Origin: Nannocystales bacterium | GTDB lineage: Bacteria > Myxococcota_A > Polyangia > Nannocystales > Nannocystaceae | NCBI GenBank assembly: GCA_050633305.1 | Contig: JBOEGF010000006.1 | Span: 170,485-218,158, forward strand | Length of the DNA: 47,674 nt | Direction of reading: 5' to 3' | Shown: piece by piece, positions 12,915 through 22,952 of the stretch | Numbering within the stretch: the stretch's first letter is position 1 | How the letters are laid out: the number at the start of each line of letters is the position of its first letter | The notes under the pieces: generated by a model | What the model was told of the DNA's origin: nothing | The model's database searches: none | Seen by the model: the letters and a program-made list of their open reading frames with translations, nothing else | Program-made: the position numbers and the translations under genes

Positions 12915-15448
12915 TCCCCAGGATCCAGGTAGGCACCGAGGCGTTCGGCGAGGCGGGTCTGCTGCGCGTCGCTGAGTCGCTCGACGTAAAATGTATCCAC
13001 CGCGCGCTCAGCTTCCACGTTGATCCGCGCCAAGATGATCGCGATCCCTTCGGTGGCCAGCGCCAATGTGATGCGCTCCAGCGTGTCGACCTCCGCCTCG
13101 GTCTCGATCTCGATGATCGTCCGGGTGCCCGACGGGTCGTTCTCGAAGGTGACCGTCGTCTGCGTCCGAGGCCGCGGTGACCACGGCCGGACCGTGCGGG
13201 GCTCGGGCGCGCGCTGAAGCTCGGTCGGCCCCCATGGCTCGTCCAAGCGCGAGCGCATCACGTCGATCAGCTCCGGAGAGACACCGCGCTCCTCCTCCCC
13301 GCGAGCCCGGACCCGGAACACGTCCAGTGCGACAGGCGGGACGTCGTTGCTCGAGAACACATCCGCCGCCATGACCTCGATGCCCAGTTCGCACAGAACC
13401 GATGCGGTCTGGGCGAGCAGACCCGGCCGGTCCGCCGCGGCGAGGGTCAGCCGCAACCCGCCCGCACCCACGCTCAGCTCCAGGGCAACGCTCTCCCCCT
13501 CGGCCAACATGCGCTGCACCAGTGCGCCGTGCTGGTTGCGAAGGTCCGCGTCGAACAGCGTCCGGTAGCGCTCAGGCATGCCGATCGGCTCATCTGGGGC
13601 GGGCTCTTGGTGCCGGGCTCGCGTCGTGCCCCGCCGCAGGTGTGCCCGGGCGAGCAGGTACAGCTCATCGAGCAGCGCGAGCTTCCACCCGGTGAGGTTT
13701 CCTGGGCGCACGGACGCGGTGTCGACGAGCGACAGCAAGTAGAGCTCGGCGAGCCCCTGCGGCGTTCCCACCCCGCGGGCGAAGTCGGCGATCAGCTGCG
13801 GGTCGGAGAGGTCCCGTTTTTGGCTGAGCATCGGCATCGACAGATGCTCGGCCACCAGCATGCTGCAGCGTTGCACATCGGCATCGCTCAACCCCAGTCG
13901 GCGCGCCGTGGCCCACGCCACCTCGGCCCCGCTCTCACACTGGTCCCGACCCGACGCCTTCCCCGTGTCGTGCACGAGTGTGGCGAGGTAGAGCACCCGG
14001 TCGTCTTCCAGCTCAAGATGCAACGAGGTCGCGAGCGGGTAGTCCTTGTTGTGATCGCCTCGAGCGATGCGTTTGAGCATCGTCAACGCTGCCAGCGTGT
14101 GCTGATCGACCGTGTACACGTGGTAGGTGTCGTGCTGCATCCGGCCGCGGATGTCGCCGAACTCGGGCACGACGGCCTCCAGCAACCCCAACTCCGAGGC
14201 GAGCTCGAGCGCCGAGGGGTGCTCGACATCATCGGTGTTGGTCAGGAGCTCGAAGAACGCCGAGTGGGCCTGGGCATCCTCGGCGACCCCGGCGATCGCC
14301 GGAACCGCGAAGACCTCGGTGATCGCATCAAACGTGGTGCCTCCCAGCGGCACATGGTGGTCCCGCGCGCGGGCCAACGCTCGGAAACACAGCGATGGCA
14401 GCTCCGCCAACGGCTCGCTTCCGGTGTACACGAGGCGGCCCCGCTCGATCGAGAACCGCTCGTCGAGCCGACGGACCATGAACACCGTGGCACGACGGGG
14501 TCGACAGCGGTCGCGCAGGCGCTTGCCGTATCGCAGCATCGCTCGCGCCGAGCGGTAGTACTCCTGCATCGTGACCTCCACCGCCTCGATGAGGGTCTCG
14601 TCATCACAGCCCTCCAGCGCAGGCGCCATCAACGGGGGCAGCAACTCTTGGTACGCGAAGCCGAGCCGCTCCTGCGGACGCTTGGCGGCCAGGTGCAGCG
14701 CGATGCGAAGCCGCAGCACGACATCGCGGGCTTCTTGGAGCAGCGCCGCCATGCTCGGCGGAACGTGCCCGTCGAGCGCGAGTTGGCCAAGGTCCGCGGT
14801 GTGGTGCGTGGCTCGCAACACCCACTCGAGTGCAGCCAAGTCGCGGAGTCCACCCGGACCGTGCTTGAGGTCGGGCTCCACGAGATACACCGTGCCGCCG
14901 TAGCGCTCGTGTCGTTCCTGCGCTTCGGAATCGAGCCGGTCGAGGAACTCCGCCCGACGAGGCCCCAAGAACTCCTCGAACGCCCGCTCGCGCAGGTCGT
15001 CCACCAGCTTCGGGTCGCCGAGCAGCGGTCGTAGGTCGAGGAGCCCGGTGCAGGAGGTAATGTCCGAGGCCGCATCCGCCAGCCACGCAGAGGGGTCATC
15101 GGCGCGGACGTTGGCCCGCATGCCTGCGTCCCACAGCGGGTGCACGATGTTCCGGACCAGCGCCTCAATCTCGGGGTCCCCCGCCGTGCTGTCCGGAGCG
15201 AGCAGGACGAGGTCGAGGTCGGAGTACGGGGCCAGTTCCCGCCGCCCCAGACCGCCGACCGCCGCCAGGCACACGCTGGAAACCTCGCGGTTCGCCTCTG
15301 CAAGGGCCTCCGCCGCGGTCTCGCGCACCACCGCGTCGACGACCTCGGCGAACTGTACAGCCAGCGCCGTGCCGCCGGCACCCGCTCGCAGCGCGCTACG
15401 GAGGGAGTCTCGTGCGTCTTCGAGCCTCGAAGCGGGTTCGGCAACCAT
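12911..15448 (-). CDS. glnD: [Protein-PII] uridylyltransferase / uridylyl-removing enzyme
   Basis: GGLGRRELAPYSDLDL nucleotidyltransferase motif, EPDLKHGPGGLRD, HVYTVDQH...HD HD domain, C-terminal ACT-like DRPGLL. Confidence 0.93.
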   Translation of the reverse strand: MVAEPASRLEDARDSLRSALRAGAGGTALAVQFAEVVDAVVRETAAEALAEANREVSSVCLAAVGGLGRRELAPYSDLDLVLLAPDSTAGDPEIEALVRNIVHPLWDAGMRANVRADDPSAWLADAASDITSCTGLLDLRPLLGDPKLVDDLRERAFEEFLGPRRAEFLDRLDSEAQERHERYGGTVYLVEPDLKHGPGGLRDLAALEWVLRATHHTADLGQLALDGHVPPSMAALLQEARDVVLRLRIALHLAAKRPQERLGFAYQELLPPLMAPALEGCDDETLIEAVEVTMQEYYRSARAMLRYGKRLRDRCRPRRATVFMVRRLDERFSIERGRLVYTGSEPLAELPSLCFRALARARDHHVPLGGTTFDAITEVFAVPAIAGVAEDAQAHSAFFELLTNTDDVEHPSALELASELGLLEAVVPEFGDIRGRMQHDTYHVYTVDQHTLAALTMLKRIARGDHNKDYPLATSLHLELEDDRVLYLATLVHDTGKASGRDQCESGAEVAWATARRLGLSDADVQRCSMLVAEHLSMPMLSQKRDLSDPQLIADFARGVGTPQGLAELYLLSLVDTASVRPGNLTGWKLALLDELYLLARAHLRRGTTRARHQEPAPDEPIGMPERYRTLFDADLRNQHGALVQRMLAEGESVALELSVGAGGLRLTLAAADRPGLLAQTASVLCELGIEVMAADVFSSNDVPPVALDVFRVRARGEEERGVSPELIDVMRSRLDEPWGPTELQRAPEPRTVRPWSPRPRTQTTVTFENDPSGTRTIIEIETEAEVDTLERITLALATEGIAIILARINVEAERAVDTFYVERLSDAQQTRLAERLGAYLDPGD

Positions 15449-15570
15449 GCGCGCTGACCCTATCAGGGCATGTCACGCCTCGGTGACTCGGACTTCACGG
15501 GCCCCCACCGCGCGCGCGCGACGTCCACCCGAGACCCTGGGAATGCCCCGAGGCCGCCTCCGCAAGCGCC

Positions 15571-16044
15571 CTACCCCTCGGACACGTCCACCACCGCTTC
15601 GATTTCGACGCAGCGCTGCCAATCCGCACGCGCCATGATCACCGAGTCGGTGAGGGACCCAGGATTGAACGCAATCCGCTCGTTGGCCAGGATCGACGCA
15701 TCGACCCACAGGGGAAGCGCAATGATGGGACGCCCGAATGGGGGCACGCACCCGGGAACACACCCGGTCAGCTCGAGCAGCTCGTCCGTGGTCGCAAACC
15801 GAAGTCGGCGCACGCCGAGCGCCGTGCGCAGGCTCTTCGAGTGGGCTCGACGCGCTGCGCTGATCACCAGCACGACAAACCGGTCCGCGGCCTTGAGCAC
15901 CAGCGACTTGCCACCGATCTCCATGGGCTCGCCCCGGACCCGGGCACTGTCCTGCGAGGTCCGCGTGGGCTCGTGTTGCAGGCTGCGGTACGGCGCGCCG
16001 CAGGCGTCGAGATGGGCGAGAATTGCGTCGTGAACCGGCATCAC
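15571..16044 (-). CDS. YbaK/EbsC-family aminoacyl-tRNA editing deacylase
   Basis: HEPTRTS, GKSLVLK, LRFAT, GCVPPFG, IAFNPG. Confidence 0.85.
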   Translation of the reverse strand: MMPVHDAILAHLDACGAPYRSLQHEPTRTSQDSARVRGEPMEIGGKSLVLKAADRFVVLVISAARRAHSKSLRTALGVRRLRFATTDELLELTGCVPGCVPPFGRPIIALPLWVDASILANERIAFNPGSLTDSVIMARADWQRCVEIEAVVDVSEG

Positions 16045-16068
16045 ACGGGGTGGAAGCAGAGCGCAGGC

Positions 16069-17538
16069 TTACTCCAAGCTCTGCAACGCGTGCCGCACCG
16101 TATCGTTATCCCGCAGTGCGAGCGACGCCTCGTAGGAGGCTCGGGCTTGTGCCGTATTCCCCTCTCGTACGGAGAGGGTCCCTAGATTGTAGTGGACCGA
16201 CGCGGCGAAACGATCGCCCGGATGAAGCGTGAGCGCCTTGTCGCAGTCCGCTCGGGCCGACTTGTACGTCTCCGCGAGCAATCGGGCATAACACCGCGCG
16301 GCGTACGGACGGGCCGCCTCGGGGTCCAACTTGATCGCTTGGCTCAGCGCTTTGTCAGCCCCGGCGTAGTCCTTCGCCTTGGTGAGCTTGCGACCCTTCG
16401 CCAACAGAGCCCTGGACGCCTTGGTGTCCTCCTGCGGTGCTTTGGCGCTGTCGACCTGGTTTGTCTTGCCCGGCGCCCACGGGGTCTCGTCGAGACCGGC
16501 GAACCACGCCAAGGCTTCGTCGCGGGCGCTCCCGGTGCGCTCGAGCTTGGACCAGCCCACCACGCTGGCATCTCCGACATCTTGGAGCGCAGCCTGCAAT
16601 CCGGCGGAGAGCGGCGGCGCCAAGCCGAGCTTGGACGCTGGCGGAAGCAAGGTCGTCTCGACGTACCCGTGGAACGCATAGTCCCCGGTGCACACATAGG
16701 GGCCCTCGGCTTCCGCATGCCAACGCAGCCGGACCATGCCCGCCTCGAGCGACATCTTGACCGCCACAACGTCCATCTGATCGCGAATGAAGCCGTCCAT
16801 CGTGACCGAGGGCTCGTCCCAGCACTCCTTGTAGTTCTTCAACATGCCCTCGGAGAGGGCCGCCTCCTTCATCATCACCTCGGGAAGCTTGACCTCGGGC
16901 CACTTCAAGCGGGCGCCGGCCGACACATCGTGCAAGTGGGTCGCGCCGCCGTAGGATCCGTGCGCGCCGCAGTAGTACCCAGCGTCCGAGGTTGCAACCA
17001 TCAGCCATGCGCCCACCCCACCTTCGAGCGACAGCGTGAGCGCATCCACCTCCCCGTAGATCCGCTCGGCTTCGGCGGTCTCGAGCGACACAGGTGTCCC
17101 CCCGCCCATCGGCGCGGCCTCGAGACCCAGCGTGTTCACCGAACCCGTCTTGCGGCATGCGGGGTCCTGTTCGGACTCGAAACACTCGCACCCGAAGACC
17201 TCCGCCTTGGCGTCCTTGCGCCGCACATGCCACAGCGTCTCCCCGTCCGCCACGACGACCGCGGAACGGCTGGCGGTGGCCTTCGTCCCCGCCTGGGTGG
17301 TCGTGTACCACCGAGACTGCAGTCCGCTGCCAGAGTCGAACCACACCAGCCACTCCTCTTCGACCGCCGGCGGAGCCACCGGAGCCTTGGTGGTCGGTTC
17401 CATGGCAGCGTCCGCAGAATCCCTGGTTGCCGCGGACGCTGCTGGCTCGGCGTCTTTCTTCGGCGGTTGAGGTGCCGCACCGCCGTCGCAGGCGAGCGTC
17501 AGCGACAAGGGGATCAACCAGCGCAACTCGGAGATCAC
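16069..17538 (-). CDS. Lipoprotein with C-terminal TPR repeats
   Basis: GTG 17538; LTLA-C lipobox; C-terminal TPRs (AIKLDPEAARPY, SVHYNLG). Confidence 0.7.
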   Translation of the reverse strand: MISELRWLIPLSLTLACDGGAAPQPPKKDAEPAASAATRDSADAAMEPTTKAPVAPPAVEEEWLVWFDSGSGLQSRWYTTTQAGTKATASRSAVVVADGETLWHVRRKDAKAEVFGCECFESEQDPACRKTGSVNTLGLEAAPMGGGTPVSLETAEAERIYGEVDALTLSLEGGVGAWLMVATSDAGYYCGAHGSYGGATHLHDVSAGARLKWPEVKLPEVMMKEAALSEGMLKNYKECWDEPSVTMDGFIRDQMDVVAVKMSLEAGMVRLRWHAEAEGPYVCTGDYAFHGYVETTLLPPASKLGLAPPLSAGLQAALQDVGDASVVGWSKLERTGSARDEALAWFAGLDETPWAPGKTNQVDSAKAPQEDTKASRALLAKGRKLTKAKDYAGADKALSQAIKLDPEAARPYAARCYARLLAETYKSARADCDKALTLHPGDRFAASVHYNLGTLSVREGNTAQARASYEASLALRDNDTVRHALQSLE

Positions 17539-17566
17539 GGACGGCAGCGTACCAAGGCCGTGCGCT

Positions 17567-19402
17567 CTAGTAGACCCCGTGCAGCGATCCTCCGGGTGCG
17601 GCGAGAGCATCGACTTGGCGCTCCACCTGTGGGTCCTCGATCAACGCAGGGGCATGATGCGGCTTGAGCCGGGCGTCGATCACAAGTGCCCCGCGGGATC
17701 CCCAGTGCTTGTGCTCGGTGAACGCACCCACGCCGGTGAGGTCGTGCGAGGGGTTGCTGCGCGTGAACGTGACCCACAAGAAGTTGTGGAAGCTCTGCGC
17801 CACGAACTCCGCGTCGTCGACGAGTACCACCAGCGCAAAACCGGTATCGGGGCGGTCGAACAGCCCGCGAGACGCGAAGTCGCGGGCGAGAGCCTCGGCA
17901 GCCCCAGGCATCTGCGCGTGCGAGGGCCCTTCGATGGCGACGATACCTGGACGAACAACCCGCGCGGGACCGAACCCCTCAGGCAATCCAAAGTCGGTCG
18001 GCAGCGTGGCCTGAAGAGACCGGATCGGCTCGCCCGCGGCGGCCAGGACGAGCTTGGACCCGCTGTTGAACCCGGTGCCCGAGTAGTCGAGGGTGTCGAT
18101 CGTGGTCTTGGTCTGAAAGTGTAGATCGCGGGTGAAGTCCAGCCGAGAGAGCACGTGCTCGAAGAACGTCCCTTCGTCATCGACCCGAAGACTCGTGTCG
18201 TCCTCGTGAGCGGCAATGATCAGGTACTTCGCCAGCGAGGCCTGTCCGAACCCCAAGACCGCGTTGGCGATGGTCAGCAGCTCTTGTGGTTGTCGTGGCC
18301 CGTACGGCACATATCGCTCGCTTCCGAGTGCGAGCAGGAGCGGATGCACACCCGCCGAGTCGACCGCATGCATCGCTCTGAGGCCTGGGATGGAGACCGG
18401 CACCATGGGCTCGGTCAGCTCGTGAATCAGGGCACCAAACGTCGTGTCTTCTTGCGGAGGACGGCCCACGACCGTGAACGGCCAGATCGCGTCTTTGCGG
18501 TGGTACACGCCCTCGACCCGCATCACGGGGAACTCGTGCTGAAGGCTGTAGTAGCCCAGATGGTCGCCGAACGGACCCTCCGGCTTGGTTGCGCCAGGCT
18601 CAATGGTGCCCACGATGCAGAAGTCGGCCTCCGCCGAGAGCGTGTGACCGCGGTGCTCGCAAACGCGAAAACGGCGACCGGCAAGCATGCCCGCAAAGAC
18701 CAGCTCACTGAGTCCTTCGGGCAGCGGCATGACAGCGGCGAAGGTGTGCGCAGGCGGGCCCCCGACGAAGACGCTGACCCGCAGCGGTTCGCCCTTGGCC
18801 AAGGCGGCCGCATGGTGCACGCCGATGCCGCGGTGAATCTGGTAGTGGACGCCGACTTCGTTGTCGGGTTCGTAGGCATTGCCGCCGAGCTGAACTCGGT
18901 ACATGCCCATGTTGCTCTTCATCGGCCCTGGATGCTCAGGGTGCTCGGTGTAGACCTGCGGCAGGGTGACGAACGGACCGCCATCGTCCGGCCAACTCTT
19001 GATCTGGGGAAGGTTGGAAAGCGTCGTTTGCCCCTGGAGGACAGGTGCCGACCCGACCCGTTTCGGGAGCGCACGAAGACCGACCATGGGCGCCCAAAGG
19101 TACTGCCAAGGTTTCCGCAGTGCCGCTTCGGGGTTGGCCTTGAGTCTGATTGCGTCCGCGGTCCGTCGCAGGGTGTCGCGAAAGATGAACCGCCCCCGAT
19201 CCAGCGTGCCGAACAGGTTGCTGACCGCCCCAAACGGCGAGCCCTTGACACGATCGAACATCACCGCCGGCCCGCCCGCGGCGTACACCCGGCGCTGCAC
19301 AGCGGCCATGACCAGGTTGGGGTCGACCTCCTCGGTCACGCGGACGAGGTGGCCATGCGCTTCGAGATCGTGCACGCAGTCGCGCATGCTGGCGTGGGAC
19401 AT
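17567..19402 (-). CDS. UbiD-family prFMN-dependent decarboxylase (candidate MqnL)
   Basis: NMGMYRVQ, EGPFGDHLGYY, TVVGRPPQED, IDTLDYSG, IDARLKP. Confidence 0.88.
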   Translation of the reverse strand: MSHASMRDCVHDLEAHGHLVRVTEEVDPNLVMAAVQRRVYAAGGPAVMFDRVKGSPFGAVSNLFGTLDRGRFIFRDTLRRTADAIRLKANPEAALRKPWQYLWAPMVGLRALPKRVGSAPVLQGQTTLSNLPQIKSWPDDGGPFVTLPQVYTEHPEHPGPMKSNMGMYRVQLGGNAYEPDNEVGVHYQIHRGIGVHHAAALAKGEPLRVSVFVGGPPAHTFAAVMPLPEGLSELVFAGMLAGRRFRVCEHRGHTLSAEADFCIVGTIEPGATKPEGPFGDHLGYYSLQHEFPVMRVEGVYHRKDAIWPFTVVGRPPQEDTTFGALIHELTEPMVPVSIPGLRAMHAVDSAGVHPLLLALGSERYVPYGPRQPQELLTIANAVLGFGQASLAKYLIIAAHEDDTSLRVDDEGTFFEHVLSRLDFTRDLHFQTKTTIDTLDYSGTGFNSGSKLVLAAAGEPIRSLQATLPTDFGLPEGFGPARVVRPGIVAIEGPSHAQMPGAAEALARDFASRGLFDRPDTGFALVVLVDDAEFVAQSFHNFLWVTFTRSNPSHDLTGVGAFTEHKHWGSRGALVIDARLKPHHAPALIEDPQVERQVDALAAPGGSLHGVY

Positions 19403-19469
19403 CGGCCGGGGCATAGCATGGTCCACCCCGCAGGCCATCTTGCGCGGCCTCTCCCGTCTCCGCGAAGGG

Positions 19470-19853
19470 CTAGCGGCGGGAGGCCAGCACCCAGGCGAGC
19501 CACTCCACGCCCAGACGCTGCCCGAGGTTCTTCGTGTGTTCGTCCGAGGGGAGCGATCGCATCAGGTGGATCGGGTGGGTACCGAACACATTTCGACAGC
19601 GTTGGGCGGTCCCCTCATCGACGCCGGAGGTCCGGATCTGAGCATGACCCGTGGTCTTCACCGCCCGGACCGTCGCTCGTACGACCCCGGCACGGTCCAA
19701 CACATCCCCGAGGTCTTGGAGCAGCGGCGTGGGGACGTTGCCACGCACAACCAACATGCGCCCACCACGCACGCTGATACAGAAGATTTCCTGCCGTCGA
19801 ATGATGATCAGCGCGCCGAGCACTCCGACCACAAGAAGAAAAAACAACGGCAC
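19470..19853 (-). CDS. DUF3634-like small membrane-anchored protein
   Basis: N-terminal TM helix, then F.I.VR.G...VVRG.VP...QR.RNV pattern. Confidence 0.6.
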   Translation of the reverse strand: MPLFFLLVVGVLGALIIIRRQEIFCISVRGGRMLVVRGNVPTPLLQDLGDVLDRAGVVRATVRAVKTTGHAQIRTSGVDEGTAQRCRNVFGTHPIHLMRSLPSDEHTKNLGQRLGVEWLAWVLASRR

Positions 19854-19897
19854 CGCGTGGGTCTACCACGCGCGGGTGCACCCGACGGGACTTCGGG

Positions 19898-20653
19898 TCA
19901 CGCTGGGCTGCGCAGGTCGACCCGAGCACCGCCCCGGGTCTTCACGATGCCCCGCAACGACCACCCCGGGTCGAGCGTGAGCGTGACGAACACGGATGCT
20001 CCGGTCCGCCGGATTCCGGTCACCCGAGCGCCCGCGATCCTCGGCCGGGCGCGAAGCGCCGCTGTGGAGGCTTCAGCGTCCATGACCAGTCGAACAATGC
20101 CCGAGGCCGGTTGGGAGGCCACACCGACGACAAGCCCCCCAGACCCCTTGAGCGACAACGAAGCGCCGTCTCGTCGAGACGCAAGCCGCACCCCCTCGAG
20201 CTTCGCCCGCGACCGCACCGCAGGAGGGGGCGGAGCCGACGTGGTGGTCTTCGTCTTGGCTGTGACGGCCGCGGGAGGTGTCGCCGCACGGACGGGTCGA
20301 GCGCGCGGTGCCGCTTCGGGGGGCGCGGTCCCCATCTTGATTCGGGGCGCGTCACTCAGGTCCCCGGGTGTTTCCGGCGCGTCTTGAGGCGCTGGTGATG
20401 GCGCATCCAAGGCGGCCAGAAGACGAGCGGCCTGCTGGTCACGCGGCAGTGCGCTTGCTGCCAGCGCGTCCCGCATCACCGAATCGATAGACCCGTCTCG
20501 CACGCTGGCCCGAGCTCGCGCCAGCAGGGCCGACGCCGTCGTCTCGGGTGCCGCCGTAACAAGGCCCCGCATCATCGGCTGGACCGGTGCGCTCGCGCTC
20601 ACGCATCCAGACACGAGGAGCGTCAGCATCCCGGCAAGCGTCACAACACGCAT
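19898..20653 (-). CDS. Lipoprotein with Pro/Ala linker and possible AMIN-like C-terminal domain
   Basis: ATG 20653; LVSG-C lipobox; low-complexity linker; beta-rich C-terminus. Confidence 0.5.
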   Translation of the reverse strand: MRVVTLAGMLTLLVSGCVSASAPVQPMMRGLVTAAPETTASALLARARASVRDGSIDSVMRDALAASALPRDQQAARLLAALDAPSPAPQDAPETPGDLSDAPRIKMGTAPPEAAPRARPVRAATPPAAVTAKTKTTTSAPPPPAVRSRAKLEGVRLASRRDGASLSLKGSGGLVVGVASQPASGIVRLVMDAEASTAALRARPRIAGARVTGIRRTGASVFVTLTLDPGWSLRGIVKTRGGARVDLRSPA

Positions 20654-20731
20654 GGATTCACCGTAGCAGCCCCGACGCACGTGCCCAAAAGACCCCCTCA
20701 AACGACCGCGCATGAGCGTCGGGTGCGGCGC

Positions 20732-22174
20732 TCAAGGCAATTGCAGCAACGCGGCGCTTGGCTTCCCGTTGGCCAGCTCGACGCCCAAGAAGACGCGCGG
20801 AGCTGCACCCCGGTCTTGCCGAAGTCGACGCACCTCGGAGATCCGGCCCGCCAGGTCCTCGTACGAGTCGATGTCGGTCCCCATCATCGAGCGGATCCGG
20901 GACCCCACCAACGCGTCGGGGTCCCCCCACATCCGGGTCCCGGGGAGCACCGCGCGCACGGTGGGATGCTCCGCCTCACTGTCGAGCCGCAGCCCGAGCT
21001 GTTCCTCAGCGTCGATGCCCACCTGGTCACGGGCACTGGCGGCGGCGATCTCGACCTGAAGGTCGAGAGTCTCGGTGCCACGGACCGCCATCACCGCGAG
21101 CACCTCCCCTTCGAACATGCCGCGCACGGTCCGTTGCAGGTGCGCACTCAACGACTCAATCCTGGTGTCTTCGAGCCCGTCCAGTCGCTTGCCACGAAGG
21201 GCCACGATCACATCGCCGCGGCGGAGTCCCGCCAGATCCGCGGGCCCATCCGCCTCGACGTTTCCAACCACAAGCCCGGCTCCATACCCCTGCGCTTGTG
21301 CGAGCGCCGGATTGGCATCTTTGGAGCCCAGCGTGATGCCGATAACCCCGGAGCGCGCCCCCTCCGGCGCGGTGAGAGCCTCGAGAAACCCCCGAACGTG
21401 ATCCATCGGCAGCGCGAACGCGATGCCTTGCGCCTGTTCGGGCCGGGCGACAACGATACCGACGAGCTCCCCGTCGAGGTTGAAAAGGGGTCCGCCCGAG
21501 TTCCCCACGTTGATCGACGCGTCGAGCTGAAGCACCGCGCGCTGCGGGTCGCTGAGGATTCCGGTGCGGTCGATCGCAGAAACGATGCCGCGGCTGACAC
21601 TGTTGCGAAGCCCCAACGGATTGCCGATCGCGAACACCTCCTGGCCGACCACCAACTCCGACGAGCGACCGATCGCCGCCGCTTCAAACTCGGCCGGCTC
21701 GCCCTCGGCCGGCTCAAGACGAACGATGGCCAGGTCCTCCTCGGGGTCCGCGACGAGCACCGTCGCCCCCACTCGACGGTCGTTGGAGAACCGAGCCGTC
21801 AGCTCTGGCACCGCACCGAGGCGGGCGCCGAACAGCGTCGGCGGTGGACGCAACGCTTCGGCCAGCACGTGGTAGTTCGTGAGCACGATGCCCGAGGGGT
21901 CCACGATGACCCCAGCGCCCAACCCCGCGGATGACTCGAGGTTGACGACGCTGCTCATCGTTCCCGCCACCGCTTCCGCAAGCGTCGGACGGAGTTGTGC
22001 GGGCTCGGCGGCGGCCCGAGGCGCGACGTCGGGGGACGGGAGCACGACTGAAGGGGGCTGTGGCGGCGGTACCTGTTGCTTGCCCAGGTACACGGCCGCG
22101 CCTCCAAGCAAGACGCCGGTCAAGCCGGCGCCGGCGGCGAGCCACAAGGAACTGGATGCACGCGGGGGCGACAC
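20732..22174 (-). CDS. HtrA/DegP-like S1C serine protease with PDZ domain
   Basis: N-terminal TM; TNYHV, DLA, GNSGGPL catalytic triad motifs; GPADLAGLRRGDVI PDZ. Confidence 0.92.
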   Translation of the reverse strand: MSPPRASSSLWLAAGAGLTGVLLGGAAVYLGKQQVPPPQPPSVVLPSPDVAPRAAAEPAQLRPTLAEAVAGTMSSVVNLESSAGLGAGVIVDPSGIVLTNYHVLAEALRPPPTLFGARLGAVPELTARFSNDRRVGATVLVADPEEDLAIVRLEPAEGEPAEFEAAAIGRSSELVVGQEVFAIGNPLGLRNSVSRGIVSAIDRTGILSDPQRAVLQLDASINVGNSGGPLFNLDGELVGIVVARPEQAQGIAFALPMDHVRGFLEALTAPEGARSGVIGITLGSKDANPALAQAQGYGAGLVVGNVEADGPADLAGLRRGDVIVALRGKRLDGLEDTRIESLSAHLQRTVRGMFEGEVLAVMAVRGTETLDLQVEIAAASARDQVGIDAEEQLGLRLDSEAEHPTVRAVLPGTRMWGDPDALVGSRIRSMMGTDIDSYEDLAGRISEVRRLRQDRGAAPRVFLGVELANGKPSAALLQLP

Positions 22175-22291
22175 CGAGGGTCAACGTAGCAGCTCTGGCT
22201 GCTCGAGTCGCAGCACCCACACATCCCAATGGCTTCGAGGGTCCGCGGGGGTTCGTCCGGATCCGGTGCCAACACCCAGACTGCATCCGCG

Positions 22292-22951
22292 CTATCGCCC
22301 GAATGCCTCGACCAGCGCGGCGATGGTGGGCTCGTCGAGTTGGGATGTGGGTTCGATCCCGTTGGCGAGCTGGAAGGTTTCGAGGACAACCGCGAGATTC
22401 GCTCCGGGACTGGCGAATCCCAGGCTCATGAGCCGCGCCCCTGCTCCGCGGACCGTCTGCGGAGGGTCCAAGTCTCCCACTTGCAACACCGCCACGGCCC
22501 CATCGTCGAAGGTTATCGTCACCACCCGCAGCCGCGTGGAGATCCATTCTTCGAGATACCCGTCGCCGTCGGTCTCACCGCGCCGCCCATTCCCTCCTTC
22601 GTCGAACAGATAGCCCATGTTGGCCTTGGGCCCCTCGTCGGCGTGCACGAAGCGCATACGAAGGCGTTCGGGGATCCCGCGCCGCTTGAAGCGATGGAGC
22701 AACCCGGTGTGGCAGTTCGGCTGTTCCTTCTGCCGGATCTCCGGCACAGACACACGGTCTCCGGGAAGGAGAACATTCGGGTCTCCCCGCGTCTCGCGGA
22801 GCGTGCGATTCTCGGGAGCATCCCACAGGGTCTGCCAAAAGAAGCCGTGCTTCTCCGCGATGGAGCTGATGCATTCCCCGCGGCGTACGACGTGACTGCC
22901 TTCGCCGACAGGCTCCAGGGGGTCGGTGCTGACGTGATCCGACGAGGGCAC
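22292..22951 (-). CDS. LysM-like plus C-terminal peptidoglycan-binding-domain protein
   Basis: GTG 22951 after GAGGA; HVVRRGECISSIA..GF.W..LWD.PEN...R..PNVLLPGD LysM-like; RL.SLGF...FQ..NGI..T..LD..T PG_binding_1-like. Confidence 0.75.
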   Translation of the reverse strand: MPSSDHVSTDPLEPVGEGSHVVRRGECISSIAEKHGFFWQTLWDAPENRTLRETRGDPNVLLPGDRVSVPEIRQKEQPNCHTGLLHRFKRRGIPERLRMRFVHADEGPKANMGYLFDEGGNGRRGETDGDGYLEEWISTRLRVVTITFDDGAVAVLQVGDLDPPQTVRGAGARLMSLGFASPGANLAVVLETFQLANGIEPTSQLDEPTIAALVEAFGR

Positions 22952-22952
22952 A

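Noticed and set aside
20732..22174. HtrA as the dedicated protease or target of the splicease products
   Set aside because: It is 4.5 kb away, across an unrelated unit, and HtrA is a common housekeeping gene; there is no sequence evidence for a link
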